Below are positions 13,330 to 25,249 of a DNA stretch of 64,000 nucleotides, one piece after another; position 1 is the first letter of the stretch, and the number at the start of each line of letters is the position of its first letter. The notes beneath the pieces are model-generated. The model was not told the DNA's origin and did no database searches. It saw only the letters and a list, made by a program, of their open reading frames with translations. This DNA is from Raillietiella orientalis (taxonomy: Eukaryota): the NCBI GenBank assembly GCA_036172245.1, contig JAYWIR010000006.1:2852001-2916000 (forward strand). The letters are read 5' to 3'. A program made the position numbers and the translations under genes.

Positions 13330-14000
13330 TTCTGCTGTTGCACTGGGATCTCTCCTGAAACGTACGCCGATACCACTGGACGCTAAAGAGGGCAAACCCG
13401 GATTGTCACAGCTGCGGGGAACGGGAACTACTCTCGCATCTGCTAATGGACTGTGTTGCCCTTCGGCCACGGTGGGAATGTTTGGGAATCACCCTACGGA
13501 TCCTGGTTGGCAACCTCAGAGACCTTGTAAAACTCTTCTCCCTACTTCCAGCCTCAGCTTTAGCAGCCCTGTGATGCATCCGTGGGATGGTGGCGGCTTG
13601 GTGTGATGCTGAAGCAGGAGAGAACGAAAGAGGCGCCATTGAGGATGCACGTCGCTTTCTGCGGATGGCAGCAGAATGACCCCACCTGGGTGCAATCATG
13701 ACCGACCTAGCCGGCGTCCTGCAAAGGATGTAAAGGACTTTCTAGAGGATATTAATAGTGATCCCTTCCGCGCCCTCCAGCTTCTTTTTCCTTTTGTTGT
13801 TTTTATTGCATTAACTGTCTTTCATTTTTCTTTCGTCCCCGCTCCCCCTACGCTGCCGGGGTGAACCTCGCCGTTCTGCGGACCAGCAGCCCGTCAGGTT
13901 CATGGTCAAATCGAGCGTGGTGGAACCACGTCTCCCACCACAAACTGTGAGCTTCTTCTTCATTTCAACAAACTCCCCGACGTGACCGAGTCGTGACTCA
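13330..14000 (+). mobile_element. Tx1/L1-like LINE 3' end (ORF2 C-terminal zinc knuckle plus 3' UTR)
   Basis: YHWTLKRANPDCHSCGERELLSHLLMDCVAL matches the L1/Tx1 ORF2 C-x2-C-x7/8-H-x4-C motif. It is followed by a T-rich UTR and a decayed terminus (aacaaactccccgacgtgaccgag). Confidence 0.7.
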
Positions 14001-14419
14001 AACGTCCGTTGGACCTTGACCTATGCGCCTTTCCAGCGTCCACGTAACGCCGTGAGTTCTGCTCTACTCCCCGTTGGTATCCCTGGCCACAGAACTCCTC
14101 GGACCTTCATCCTCTGGTGGTGCCTGCAGCTGCTCGTTCTCTGCCGAAATCAGAGTCCTTTGTCGTTAATCCTGTCCTTCCCTTTATCCCGAAGAGGCTA
14201 GCAGTGCGGGGCAGCCCGAAGAGCGAAGTTTTGGGTCTTTCCGTGTAGGCTGCTCGGAACATCACGCTGATGTTTCTGCACACGCAGACTCGTTTCCTTG
14301 CCCTGTCTGGCGAACTGATGCATCTCGAGCGAGCCATCTGATGCTGCTATCCAGGAAGGCCCATTCTTCCTTCTCGAATGATACCGTCTGTTGGTGGTGG
14401 CCACAACTAGAAAGAAAGT

Positions 14420-14950
14420 GCCCGCGTTGGCGTTCCGTGTGATCTCCGGGAATGGTATTAAGCGTTGCGCGTTCGAATCTCACCTGGGGAAGGACCGACG
14501 CCGGAAAATGGGTGGGTCATGGGTTTCGAGTCTCCCCGCATCACGGCTCTGGTTGACCTGTAGGCTTCGGGTGCGGCACTGGTGAAAACCGAAAAATTCC
14601 CGGATGCCCCACTGACTGGCCGGGATAGGAAGTTTACCTTCCGGGGTCCTTCCAGGAATTCAGGAATCAGAGATCCGGTTCCCTTCGAAATTCCCTTCCG
14701 TTTGCAAAAATAAAGCAGGTCAGAGTGTCAGAGGTGCGCCGCTCCTTTCTAAGAGGCGCCCCTCAGAGAAATTTGGAAACATCCCTTGGAGGTTCTCTTC
14801 AGACAAGGAAATGAGAAGCAGCCCCCTCCGGGAGTCCCTCAGGAGAGAATAAGGAAGTTCCCTTTGGAGTTTCAAACCAAATGTAAGAGGAACGGACTGT
14901 TTCCCCTCCGGAGTCTTCCTGGATTTATGGACAGTGTTTAAAGAGCCTTG
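14420..14950 (+). mobile_element. Copy of the dispersed repeat module
   Basis: gcgttcgaatctcacctgggga, ccttccaggaattcagga, cccttccgtttgcaaaaat and gagaaatttggaa are shared with other copies. Confidence 0.65.
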
Positions 14951-15055
14951 TGAACTTTTCCCTCCCCCTCCTTTCCTCAAAAGAAGCTGGAAGGAAAGCA
15001 GCGAAAACACAAGAACCCAAAGAACTCCCATCATCCTGTATTTTACTCCCCCTGC

Positions 15056-15968
15056 CCCAGTGTCGCCCGCCTTCCCTTAGGGACGCAAGAGGCACCGTGA
15101 TCACGGCAAGGTGGAAAGTGATTTGCTGCATGAAAGCAAAGAAGAAACCATAGGGTGTGGACAACACGGGGAGTGACGGACGATGCGACCCCGAGCGTCC
15201 CGCCCCACGGACTTCTACTCTGGGGAGATCTGCTCGGCATCCCTCCGGAGGTGGTGAAGTGGCTCCCAGCGTGCTGGAACAGTGGCGCACTCCCCCTCAA
15301 GTGGCAGGATTCGGCGTTCCTGGTGTTGCATGGGGGAATCCCGTGCAAAGCGCGCCTTCACCACTGGACACGGGAAGCGTGGACATTCAGTGCGACAGGT
15401 GCGAGAAGAAGGAGACCATCCCGCACCTGTTGTTGGACTGTGCTTCCCTCCGACCTCTTTGGGATCACCTCGCGACGATCCTAGGCATCCCGACGGGCGG
15501 CCCCAGGAACATTTTTGAACGCCTCTTGGCGCGTGCCGGTCTGCCGCCAGCGGCGTCCTTTGCAGTTCTCTGCCGCATTCGTGGAATCGTGGCAGAGTGG
15601 AACGCCGGAATAGGGCAGAATGGCAGGGACGCCATCCACTGGACGTGGATCTTTCTGAGCACCGCCTCGAGATGGCCTCACCTGTGCGCTATACGGACGG
15701 AACTTGCCGGCATCCTGAACAAGATGCAGAGAACGCCTGGCCGCGTACCGTGATCACTTCCTCGGCATGATTTCCCTTCTCCCGTTTTTGCGAGTTTATT
15801 TGTTTTGTTTTTGTTTTCCCTTCCCCCACGCTGCCGAAGGTGACCTCACCGGTCTGGCTACCGGTCCTCGGCAAGTTCATTGCGCGTGGTAGAACAAACG
15901 GTTCCATCATGAAAATGTATTTTTGTTACTAACGTAATAAATGTCCCGGCGTAACCAGGTGAGAATCA
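15056..15968 (+). mobile_element. 5'-truncated Tx1/L1-like LINE: ORF2 C-terminus (zf-RVT-like region, CCHC) and 3' terminus
   Basis: WNSGALPLKWQDSAFLVLHGGIPCKARLHHW..VDIQCDRCEKKETIPHLLLDCASLRPLW (frameshifted). AATAAA at 15936 is followed by the hairpin terminus. Confidence 0.85.
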
Positions 15969-17728
15969 TCCTGGACCAATAGTAACGATCTCCCCATGAA
16001 GCCCCTAATAGCCTTTGAAAAAAAAACTTTTCCATTTGAATACACTATGAAGATGATATGGCTTTATTCCCTTAATTATTTTGAGGGTGGGGAAGCATGC
16101 CTTCGGTGGGGAAGCGATGCCTTCACGCTTGGAATGTTGATGGATGCTTTTACCATGCAACCAGTTCATTTCCCATTCAAAATCTGGGATGTGGGAATCT
16201 GACCAGCTTTCTCAAGGATCTTTCGATTGTTTCCAAGCCTGCGGGCATGCTTGTTGCACTTTTTCTACAGAAATCCTCGATTTTGAGGTTGCTCTTCTTT
16301 CTGGCCCCAGAAAGCCAGCGCAGACGGCAGAATGCACTTGAAGCCTCTATCGGTGGTCTGTGAAAGTACTCCCATCCAGCAATTGCACTTTGAGCCTGCT
16401 CATTTGTATGACGATCATTCTTCATTGCATTTATGCCAGCTAAATCATGCTAATTCCGTGAGCTTACAAAGACAGCTAGCTCGAGAAATTTCCCGGACAT
16501 TCGGTAACGACGAGATCATGCGACCGCTGGTGGAATGGCGGTGGATTTTCCACAGAATCTGAACAGGCACGAAAACCACGTGACAAATCCTGCGTAAAAT
16601 TGAAAAGGTAATCTCGTCTCAACAAACAGTCAGGAAACCAAGAACCAAGAAAAGCAGTGTCCTTACTCTGAATTCAAGAAGCTGTTCCTCCCAGTGGGCG
16701 CAGTCGGCTCGTGCGAGCCGCCCCCTTCACCAATCTTCAGAACGAACGAGCATCTTCGTGGGTCTCACCGTTCTCTTGTTGCGTAGCCATCGAGCTGACC
16801 TTCAGTACGTTCTCTCGTTGCCATCGAGGCTTCGGACCTTCGGGCTGCGGCAAAGAGCTTCTGCAACTGCCTCAGGAGCACGTCATGGGCGGATTCAGAA
16901 CGAGCACCGATCGTCGTATGTGGTAGGCGCAGTTAAACACAGCTTAACACGGATTCCGAAGAATGGCCGCTGGGATGGTTGGACGCACCGGCATTGAAGA
17001 GCTTCGTTCTGAAGAGAATCAAATGTTTCGCCTGCTTTTCTCGTCGGTCCCGACATGTGTTTACGGAAGACCAACAGTCGGGAGAGCAGCAGTCGGGAGG
17101 CAAGTTTCAAACGGCAGACTGAGGTGCCAAAAGATTTCAGTCTGCCTCTTGGGTTTTTCGATGAGTAGGCAACTACGAGGGAGCTCTGGATAGTCGTTCA
17201 TGCATACAATCCGCCTGACTGGTCTCCAGCTTTCGAAGGACCGCTTAAAGTGAGATGACAAGCGATCTTTGTTTTCCTGGCCTGCATTTCCAGATAGCTG
17301 TCTACTTCTTGCATCACGGATACGAAGTCACTTGGAGAGAAAGAGGCTCTGTTTCGTAACCGGTACTCTTCTCGTAAAGCAGGTTCGAGATGGACGCGTG
17401 TCATCGTCGCTATGCCACGCAGCTTTCGTTTTTCTGACTCATGTGAGCAGCGTCTGATGCCTTTTCCTGCCTTTTTCTGTCCTTGTTGTATACTGAGCAT
17501 CTCAGAGATCCAACGTTTAGACTACCCTGGTGGTCCATTTAACAGCTGGAGCTTGAAGTTGCTTCCAAGGGTGAAAGTTCGTTCCCCTTAAGGATGCCGG
17601 ACCACTTGGGAATTCTGAGTGCACGACATCAGCTCCTCACCTCTTCATCCTCGATAGCAGAGAGCTTCACCAGCTCTTCCGAGAGCGCATCTTGAATCGG
17701 CCTCCAGTGACCACCACGTCTTCCTTCC

Positions 17729-18007
17729 TGCACCTCAAGAAGTGACTTGCATCTCAACGATTCGAGGAACGGAGAACTTGAAAACTGCAGTGCTGCTGAA
17801 CTGGCTGGACCCCCAGGCAGCGGAATTTTATGCAGAGGGTTTCAAAAAGCTTCTTCCACGGTTTCAAAAGTGTTTAGAAAAAAATGGTGACTACGTAGAA
17901 AAATGACACGGGGATGTATGTGATGAGAACCACCAATGAATTTCTAAATCTCTTATTTGTTCTTCCTTTATATCCGATTCGCCTTTACTTTTGAGATGCG
18001 CCTCGTA
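17729..18007 (+). mobile_element. Mariner (irritans-like) DNA transposon right end: transposase C-terminus, terminal inverted repeat and TA
   Basis: HLKK*LASQRFE...LNWLDPQAAEFYAEGFKKLLPRFQKCLEKNGDYVEK* (stop 17904-17906), then tttacttttgagatgcgcctcg-TA, the typical TACGAGG...TCAAAAGTAA mariner end. Confidence 0.85.
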
Positions 18008-19379
18008 TAATAATACATATATTAATCTTTATATGGATATATCTAAGCAAAAATATTTATTTTCTGTGATCTTTAATATATGCATATGTCAACAGTATAA
18101 TCAACAACGCATTAGTTTTACTAACAAAATGCATACCAGTGAATCTTAATAAATATACGTTCTAATAATAGTACTTTCAATAGACATGAATAACTACGTA
18201 TATTAAAATAAATTCGTCTATTCCCCTATGTGGAATAAGCACATGTGTTGACCCCATAGTGGCCTTTGGTGCATGGGATCCAAGTAGTGCCGATGTCCAG
18301 GGGAGATTGGGACTAAATACTCGAACTTCGCAAAGCTCTTCGCGCCTGGTCTGGGTTACCGGAGTCACTCGTACCGCCAGGGACGTCTGCTGTGAGCCAC
18401 TGGTCGATTCGGTCTGCTGGATTCCTCCACCAGCTTCAGAAGCCTATCCAAGGGTTCTTCGCTGCCATCTCATCCCGCAAAACTCATTTTTTGCGCCCGC
18501 AGACCAAAGTGAACTTTCTGGTTCATCGGATCTGACGAGTGTTGCAAGGAAACGCGTGCCAGTGGACATTTAAGAGAAATCAGGATGGCCTGTAGCGCAG
18601 GCCTCCGATACAAGACTTCGATACATGAATTTCTTTTATTTTTGGTCCCCGAAAGAGAAAGGATGCATCCTCGAAAACACAATCTCAATAAAACTTGAAC
18701 GTGCCAATTTTCTCACACTTTAAGCTTTCCCGTCCTTTCTGAACCGGTGCTTTCATCCACCAAGTGGAAGGAAAAGCGGGCTCATAAAACCGGTCCTTCA
18801 AGAAGGTCGGCTGAACAGAAGCTGGCACGGGAAAAACGGTTCCCAAATAACACATCGCTCGACGGAAAAGCTACGGAAGCATGAAGAGGGGTTTTGCGAC
18901 GACGAGAACTCGAGTGTTCGCTGTCGGGAACGCATGCAAATAATTAGCTTTTTGGCACATCTTTTCCGTGCCGCCCATCTTCTTCGAGAGTCATTTTCTT
19001 TTGCTTTCTCCGTGATCTCTTCACCTTCACGAAAACATTTCTCAAAAGCAGGAGAAACATCTTGAAAACGAATCGCAACGCAGGGAGAGAACTGGGAGAG
19101 CGAAACTGCGGAAGGATTTCCAATCACATGTGTTAACACGAGCGCGCGAGAGTGCGGTGGCACTTTCGCCATATCACGGAAGTGGCAACTCGGTCTCCCG
19201 TTCAGCACAGGTCAAATCACAATGGAGCAGCAACTGGCACTCCCCAATCAGCTGGTATTCGATCTTGACTCGCGGAAGGAGCAGGGTATTGCAGCAGCAG
19301 CGTCGAGGACGGGGACCCGGAGGTATGAGTTGGGCGGTGCTGAACTGCTGGACTCTTCTTCACCCTTTAGCGTTCTGCA

Positions 19380-20389
19380 TGATTATCACCGGGTTATTTC
19401 GGGGCATTTATTGCATGAATCAGCAAAAATACATTTGTGTGGTTTATCACCCGGTAAAGCCGGGCCGTTTATTATAAAAAATAATAAACATGCATTTGTA
19501 GGGCCGATGGCCCTGCATTGTCCGAAAATGCTTGGAACCTGCCGGGTAAACAGCATGCAGGCCGGCGAGGTTCTCCTCGGCAGCAGAGGGGGAAGGGTAA
19601 ACAAAAATAAAAATAAATAATAGAAAAAAACTCTGGGGCCACGATCGCTGGGGAAGGGATCGCTGTCCGCTGGAAGGCATCCTCTGCACCCTTTCCAGGA
19701 TGCCGGCAAGTTCCATCCGAGTACGCCCGGGTGGAGGCCATCTTGCTGCCGTCCTCAGGAAGCACATGGCATCCCCATCGTGCCACTCTCCTCTCGCGTA
19801 ACTCCAGGACGCCACAATTCCACCTAGGCAGCAACTTTGATCTTAGAAAAAAGGCCGAGAAGCGAAGCAAAGAGCTGCTGGGGATGAGGCAGGCGAAAGA
19901 GCATCGCGCATGAAGAGGAGCTTCATCACGTCCTTGCTATCGTCTGTCGGTGTGCCGAGGGCTGTTGCGTAACGCAACCACAGGGGCCGGAGGGCAACAC
20001 AGTCAAGCTGAGATCTTCATTCCCCACACTTGCAACAGTTGAGGTCCACAGCCCCCCGGGTCCAGTGAGAGCGGAGGGGTTTGCACGGTAGACCCTAGTG
20101 CAACAGCAGAAGTGCCTACTCCAGCCACTTCAGGTTGTTCTTCAGCGCTGAGGGCCACCTGAGGTCTTCGTGTGGGATTTCCAGCAGCTTATTCCAGCGC
20201 AACAGTCTTTTCGGTGACGTGCTTGGGGTCGCAGTGTCCGTGAGCTAGCCCGTGGTCCAACCACCTAGTTTCCTTTCTTCTGACTGATTTTGCAACTGAC
20301 CTCCGATTTGACCGTCTGGTTACTGCCCAGGTGCTCCCCGAACGAGGGCAGTGCCGCAGCTAGGGAGGTTCTTTGCGCCTACGCACACG
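19380..20389 (-). mobile_element. Tx1/L1-like LINE 3' portion (second subfamily), with two stacked termini at 19380-19412 and 19440-19473
   Basis: Homologous to 58395-59850. Carries AVDLNCCKCGE..LDCVALRPLWLRYATALG and two AATAAA-hairpin-TGATAA termini. Confidence 0.8.
19835..19865 (-). pseudogene. U2: U2 snRNA 5' fragment (about nt 2-32) inserted in a LINE
   Basis: Reverse complement is TCGCTTCTCGGCCTTTTTTCTAAGATCAAAG, versus U2 ATCGCTTCTCGGCCTTTTGGCTAAGATCAAAGTGTAG. Flanked by direct repeat agcaa (19830-19834, 19866-19870). The paralogous LINE site at ~58765 lacks the insert. Confidence 0.85.
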
Positions 20390-21960
20390 TGGTTTATCAA
20401 TCGGATATGCCGGGGCATTTATTTAGGAAAAATAAAAATACAATGAATTTTCTCGTGGTGAACCCAAGGCTCACCACGTAACAACAGCTTGCTGGTTGCC
20501 GATACAAAGACCGGCTAGGTCCATCCAACGCGCAGAGGTGGGAATAAAGTCAACAAAAAGAAACGAAAAAAATCAAACGCGGGGCGGGGATGAATGTCTG
20601 GGGGTGGGGAGGGAGGGGAAGGAAGGGATCACTATGTGCGCGGATGGATCCTCCAGATCCTGCTCAGGATCCTAGCAAGCCGAGTCCTACTTGCGCCCAG
20701 GTGGGCCACCTGGAGAAGTTTGGCACGAAGATGCGAGTCCAGTGGATGGCATCCCTGCCATTCTGCCCTATTCCGGCGTTCCACTCTGCCACGATTCCAC
20801 GAATGCGGCAGAGAACTGCAAAGGACGCCGCTGGCGGCAGACCGGCACGCGCCAAGAGGCGTTCAAAAATGTTCCTGGGGCCGCCCGTCGGGATGCCTAG
20901 GATCGTCGCGAGGTGATCCCAAAGAGGTCGGAGGGAAGCACAGTCCAACAACAGGTGCGGGATGGTCTCCTTCTTCCCGCACCTGTCGCACTGAATGTCC
21001 ACGCTTCCCGTGTCCAGTGGTGAAGGCGCGCTTTGCACGGGATTCCCCCATGCAACACCAGGAACGCCGAATCCTGCCACTTGAGGGGGAGTGCGCCACT
21101 GTTCCAGCACGCTGGGAGCCACTTCACCACCTCCGGAGGGATGCCGAGCAGATCTCCCCAGAGTAGAAGTCCGTGGGGCGGGACTCTCGGGGTCGCATCG
21201 TCCGTCACTCCCCGTGTTGTCCACACCCCATGGTTTCTTCTTTGCTTTCATGCAGCAAGTTACTTTCCACCTTGCCGTGATCACGGTGCCTCTTGCGTCC
21301 CTAAGGGAAGGCGGGCAGCACTGGATCAAGTGAGGTAGACGAGGCCCATCGCATCTTCTGTGGGTTTCGGACGATCTTCTCCAACGACATGCGAGTGTTG
21401 ACGTCTCGCTGCAGGCAGGCATACCCCGCCTCGCTCGAGCCGTGAATCTTTCTTCAGGAGAAGACCGACTCTTGAAGTCAGGCAGTGCAGTTCGAGGAGA
21501 GACAGGAGATCTAAGTGTTCTCATGCACCGGGACAACCATCTGGAGGAGTTATACCCGCAGCGCGTCAGCAACCTCTCGGGAGCGACGAGGAGGGATTAC
21601 TCCTCGCAACCGGTTGCGCTCTTCGCGAGGAGCCATGATGGTGGGTACCAGGGTGTGGTCCACAATGTTGCCACGAGGGCGAGTCTTCTGGATTGGAGCT
21701 GGCGCTCCATCCTCATGGAGTAAGGAGACTCAGTCCGCCGTCCTGACGAGGAGCACACAAGTCACCTTGCCTGCCTGGGAGGCTTTGTAGTGCGAGGTTC
21801 AGCCCAAAGGGAACTGTCTACCTCTCTGTTGAACCCCTTTATGAACGCTCTCCCATTCGAACCGTCACTGACCAGGAGCACGGGATCTTGAATCTGAAGA
21901 CGAGGACACGGCATCAGTGCATCATGAAGATTCGTGGATGCAGATGGAATTTCACAGCTT
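20390..21960 (-). mobile_element. Tx1/L1-like LINE, ORF2 C-terminal third and 3' terminus, inserted into the preceding LINE copy
   Basis: ORF 20664-21572 contains VDIQCDRCGKKETIPHLLLDC. Terminus aataaatgccccggcatatccgattgataaacca at 20390-20423. Confidence 0.85.
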
Positions 21961-23194
21961 CTTTTCAGTAGCCACTGGGCGAACCGAGACGCGTTCTACG
22001 TTTCTGACCGGTCCCTGGATTTGACGAAACACAAATAATAGCGGAAAGGTTGGCGGGTCAGGGTTCCTTGCTCGTCGGCATGCTGCGTGCCGTATCCCTT
22101 AAGCTCCACCCGGGGGAAGAGAGAGAGGCCGGAAACTTCTCGGAGATGTTCACATGAAGTGGCTATAGGCGGCCTGAGGTCAGCGGAATCCATCTGCCTC
22201 TTTTGCAACAAAAGTGTTCTTCACCTCCGGTGCGAACGACTCTGGATTCCAAGCCCTGAAGCGATCTACATTTTCAGTACAGTACACACTTGTACGGCAT
22301 GGATCACTGACAGTCCTCAAAGCAGCGTTGGCATCCCTCTTTATTAGAAGCATCGCATTAAAAAAAAAAAAAAATCCAAACGAAGAAGCAGTATTACGTA
22401 AACGCGCCCATCTTGGGCAAGCATGTGTCCAATAGCAATACAAATCACGTGACTAGTAATTAACAAAAGATGAAACAAAATCCATTGTAACAATTTATTT
22501 CACTATAGATTGATTTATAACGATCTTTAACTCACTGAGTACCTCACTCGATGAACACAATAAAAAATGGAATGACAGCTATGAATCACCTTGATAAATC
22601 ACACTTTAATTTAGCAAAGGCAAGCATTGCTGATCAGCATTTGCCACACCCAAATAAGAGCCATAAGAACTAAGCCAACGATCCATCGGAAAACAACAAG
22701 GGTCAACAACACGAAACTACTCTAAAATTGCCATTCACCGTCGTGATATCAGTCACCGGGAAATGAGAAAGGTAGTGAGCCCTGAACAAACAAAAAGCTC
22801 TAAGCAAACCTCTGAAGAGACAATGTATCAACTTGTGTAGGGATAATTTTACCAGCTGCTTGGGGAGGCAGAACGGGAAGAAGCGTGCTGCCATCACAAA
22901 CAGCAAAACAGGATAGACTCACATGGCACATTGGCAGCGGTGGCCATTCACCAGAGATATCTGTGAGGCACACCAAAGCAGAAATGTATGCAACAATCCC
23001 CTCCCTGATAACTGAGTGGGAGTCCAGGTGCCATGCCCCTGATGAACAGGGACTACAAATAGCCTCAGTGTGCAAACAGACCCTCGTGGCCATCTGCAGG
23101 CAACAAAAAGAAGAAAAATGCCATCAGCTATGTGCTACAAGATAAATGTTGCAGGGTGCATTCATGTCTTCCATCATCAGTTGGCAGCACCCTG

Positions 23195-23895
23195 CTATCC
23201 TCCACCCACAACACGTCCTTCACTATCAGCATTTTTTCTACGTAATCAGCAAAAATATCACGGAAGCAACCCCAAGCCTTTTCTGGAGCATTTTACTGCT
23301 CGTTTGATTGTTGGTTTCACCCCTACCCCCCAAATACGCATAAGGAACACCACGGATGTTCTGATCCAGATCAAAATAAAAATGTTTGTTCTTGACCCTC
23401 GCAGTACGACCCCTCAGAAGCACAAGACGAGAATCACCATCATCAGTCCCAAATTTTTCAAAAAGTTCAGTTAAGGAATCTCGAAATTCCAGCGTTCTCC
23501 GTGCTCGGGTGGCAATTGGGGAGCGGGCACCATGGTGGTCTGTGATCTGGACACTCGCAGAAAGAGTCCTCTAGCATTCTCTTTTAGATACAGGCAATAG
23601 CACCGACTGTCTTTTGCCATGAACTCTGACTTCAGTTTGCCACTTTCTGGACTGGCCCTAGAGACAATCCATCTCGACCACCAAAATCTGTTAGACGGAA
23701 CACAGCTGCAATAGATAATGCCCGGAAACTGTGTTTCTGCTATCGCCTGCACTGATCTCAGCAACCTTAACGACCTCTTCGATTCTGCTCCGCATCAATA
23801 GGAAATCGTTTTGATCGAATGTGGAGACTGAGAGTTCCAAGTTCCTGTTGGAACGATTCATCAAAATGACCATGATCAGAAACTGGAGAAGCCAT
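23195..23895 (-). pseudogene. PURA: Pur-alpha (PUR-repeat nucleic-acid-binding protein) pseudogene, intronless, several frameshifts
   Basis: Three PUR repeats in shifting frames: [124 protein letters not shown]. These match arthropod Pur-alpha as I recall it. Confidence 0.9.
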
Positions 23896-24279
23896 ACTCC
23901 TATAACAGTACACGGAATGGCACAGTTAAAGCACCACTTTGGATAGAATGGTATTCACCATTGTATTTGTTTCGGCATGAAACATCGAACTTCTCACATC
24001 AGATGGAATGCATTTCCAAGATCTCGTTTAACGGAAATTGGTAATTCAATAAACCTTACAACTGACTGCAAAACTGTACATGGGTACGAATGTATTTTGT
24101 ATGCATGATTGAGTTTATGTTAACGATGACCATTTGCCTCGTTTGTTTCCATTTTCAACGCGATTCGTTCCCCGAATACGTCATGAAAAACACCCTTAAA
24201 GAGTCTTGCCATCTTCGTTTACTACTGCTTGCTGTAGTTCCGGATTTGCGCCGCCAGAGGATGCCGCTGTAGCAAGGAG

Positions 24280-25240
24280 AACCTTGCTGTACCACCTTGC
24301 CATCAAGGTTTTTCCCTTGGAGAACACACTAGAAAGTTCGGAACGCGATTGCGGTGAAGCGAACTCGAAAGCGTAGTGACGTTCCACGTTGCCGGAGTCA
24401 ACCAGCGGCACTCTGCGACAGGAAAGCTGCACAGTGGACGGAGGTCGACCCAGCGCGGAGACGAAAGCAACACCCGGCGCAAAAGAGCAAGATGGAAGAT
24501 CGTGCCCGAGAGTAAGGAGCTCCGGGCGAGGGGAGTCGTTCGCGGTCATTCCGCTTTTTGTGAACGCACCACAGGCCACGAGCGTATGGTGCCAGGGACG
24601 ACCCAGGGCCATCATCGAGTTTTCTTTTTTTTGAAAGTTGGGGGTCGGAGGGGGTTTGCTAAGCGATCACGGAACTCGTTAACGCTGCCCACGCCAGCCG
24701 AGTGCGTGTCACTCTTCAAATTAAGGGGTAGCCCCATAGAGACTACCCCATGAATTCAGGAAGGGTTCCGGAGGAAGGGATCCGTTCCTCTCACGCTTGG
24801 TAGGGAAACCCCGAAGGGAACCCTCGCCCTGGTCGTCTTCGAAGGGAACCTCCTCTTCTTCGTTCTCTCAGGAGGGACCCCAAGGTTTGTAGGGGCAGCT
24901 CCTCGTTTCTTCTCCGTGGAGAACCAGGAAAGCATCGCTCCTGGGATTTCTTTCTCAGAAGAACCCTCCGAAAAAGATCCTCCTCTCTTTCCTCCTCCTC
25001 TGAAGAGAACCTGGAAGGGACGCTTCCGAATTCCTCCGAAGGGTCGCTCCTCGAAGGGAGCAGAGCACTTCTTGGACACTCTGTGGAGATGTCATCAATC
25101 CACCAGCTCCATGGTACGAAATGGAGCGAGTTCCTCCCTCCCTCCCTCTTCCTCCCCGAAAGGGAAGGACGGGTCCGTTTACACAACCAAAGGGCAACTC
25201 CTTGATTCCTGGCTCCCCACCGGGGCGTGTGGACGACTCG
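24280..25240 (-). mobile_element. Dispersed repeat module continuing into ORF1-like sequence
   Basis: Same module as 2190-2950, followed by NEFRDRLANPSDPQLSKKRKLDDG and HYAFEFASPQSRSEL. Confidence 0.6.
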
Positions 25241-25249
25241 TGACCAGTG

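Noticed and set aside
16332..16590. Possible mariner transposase N-terminus (LQRQLAREISRTFGNDEIM..VEW)
   Set aside because: Similarity is too weak and no left TIR is visible, so it cannot be tied to the 17729-18007 fragment.
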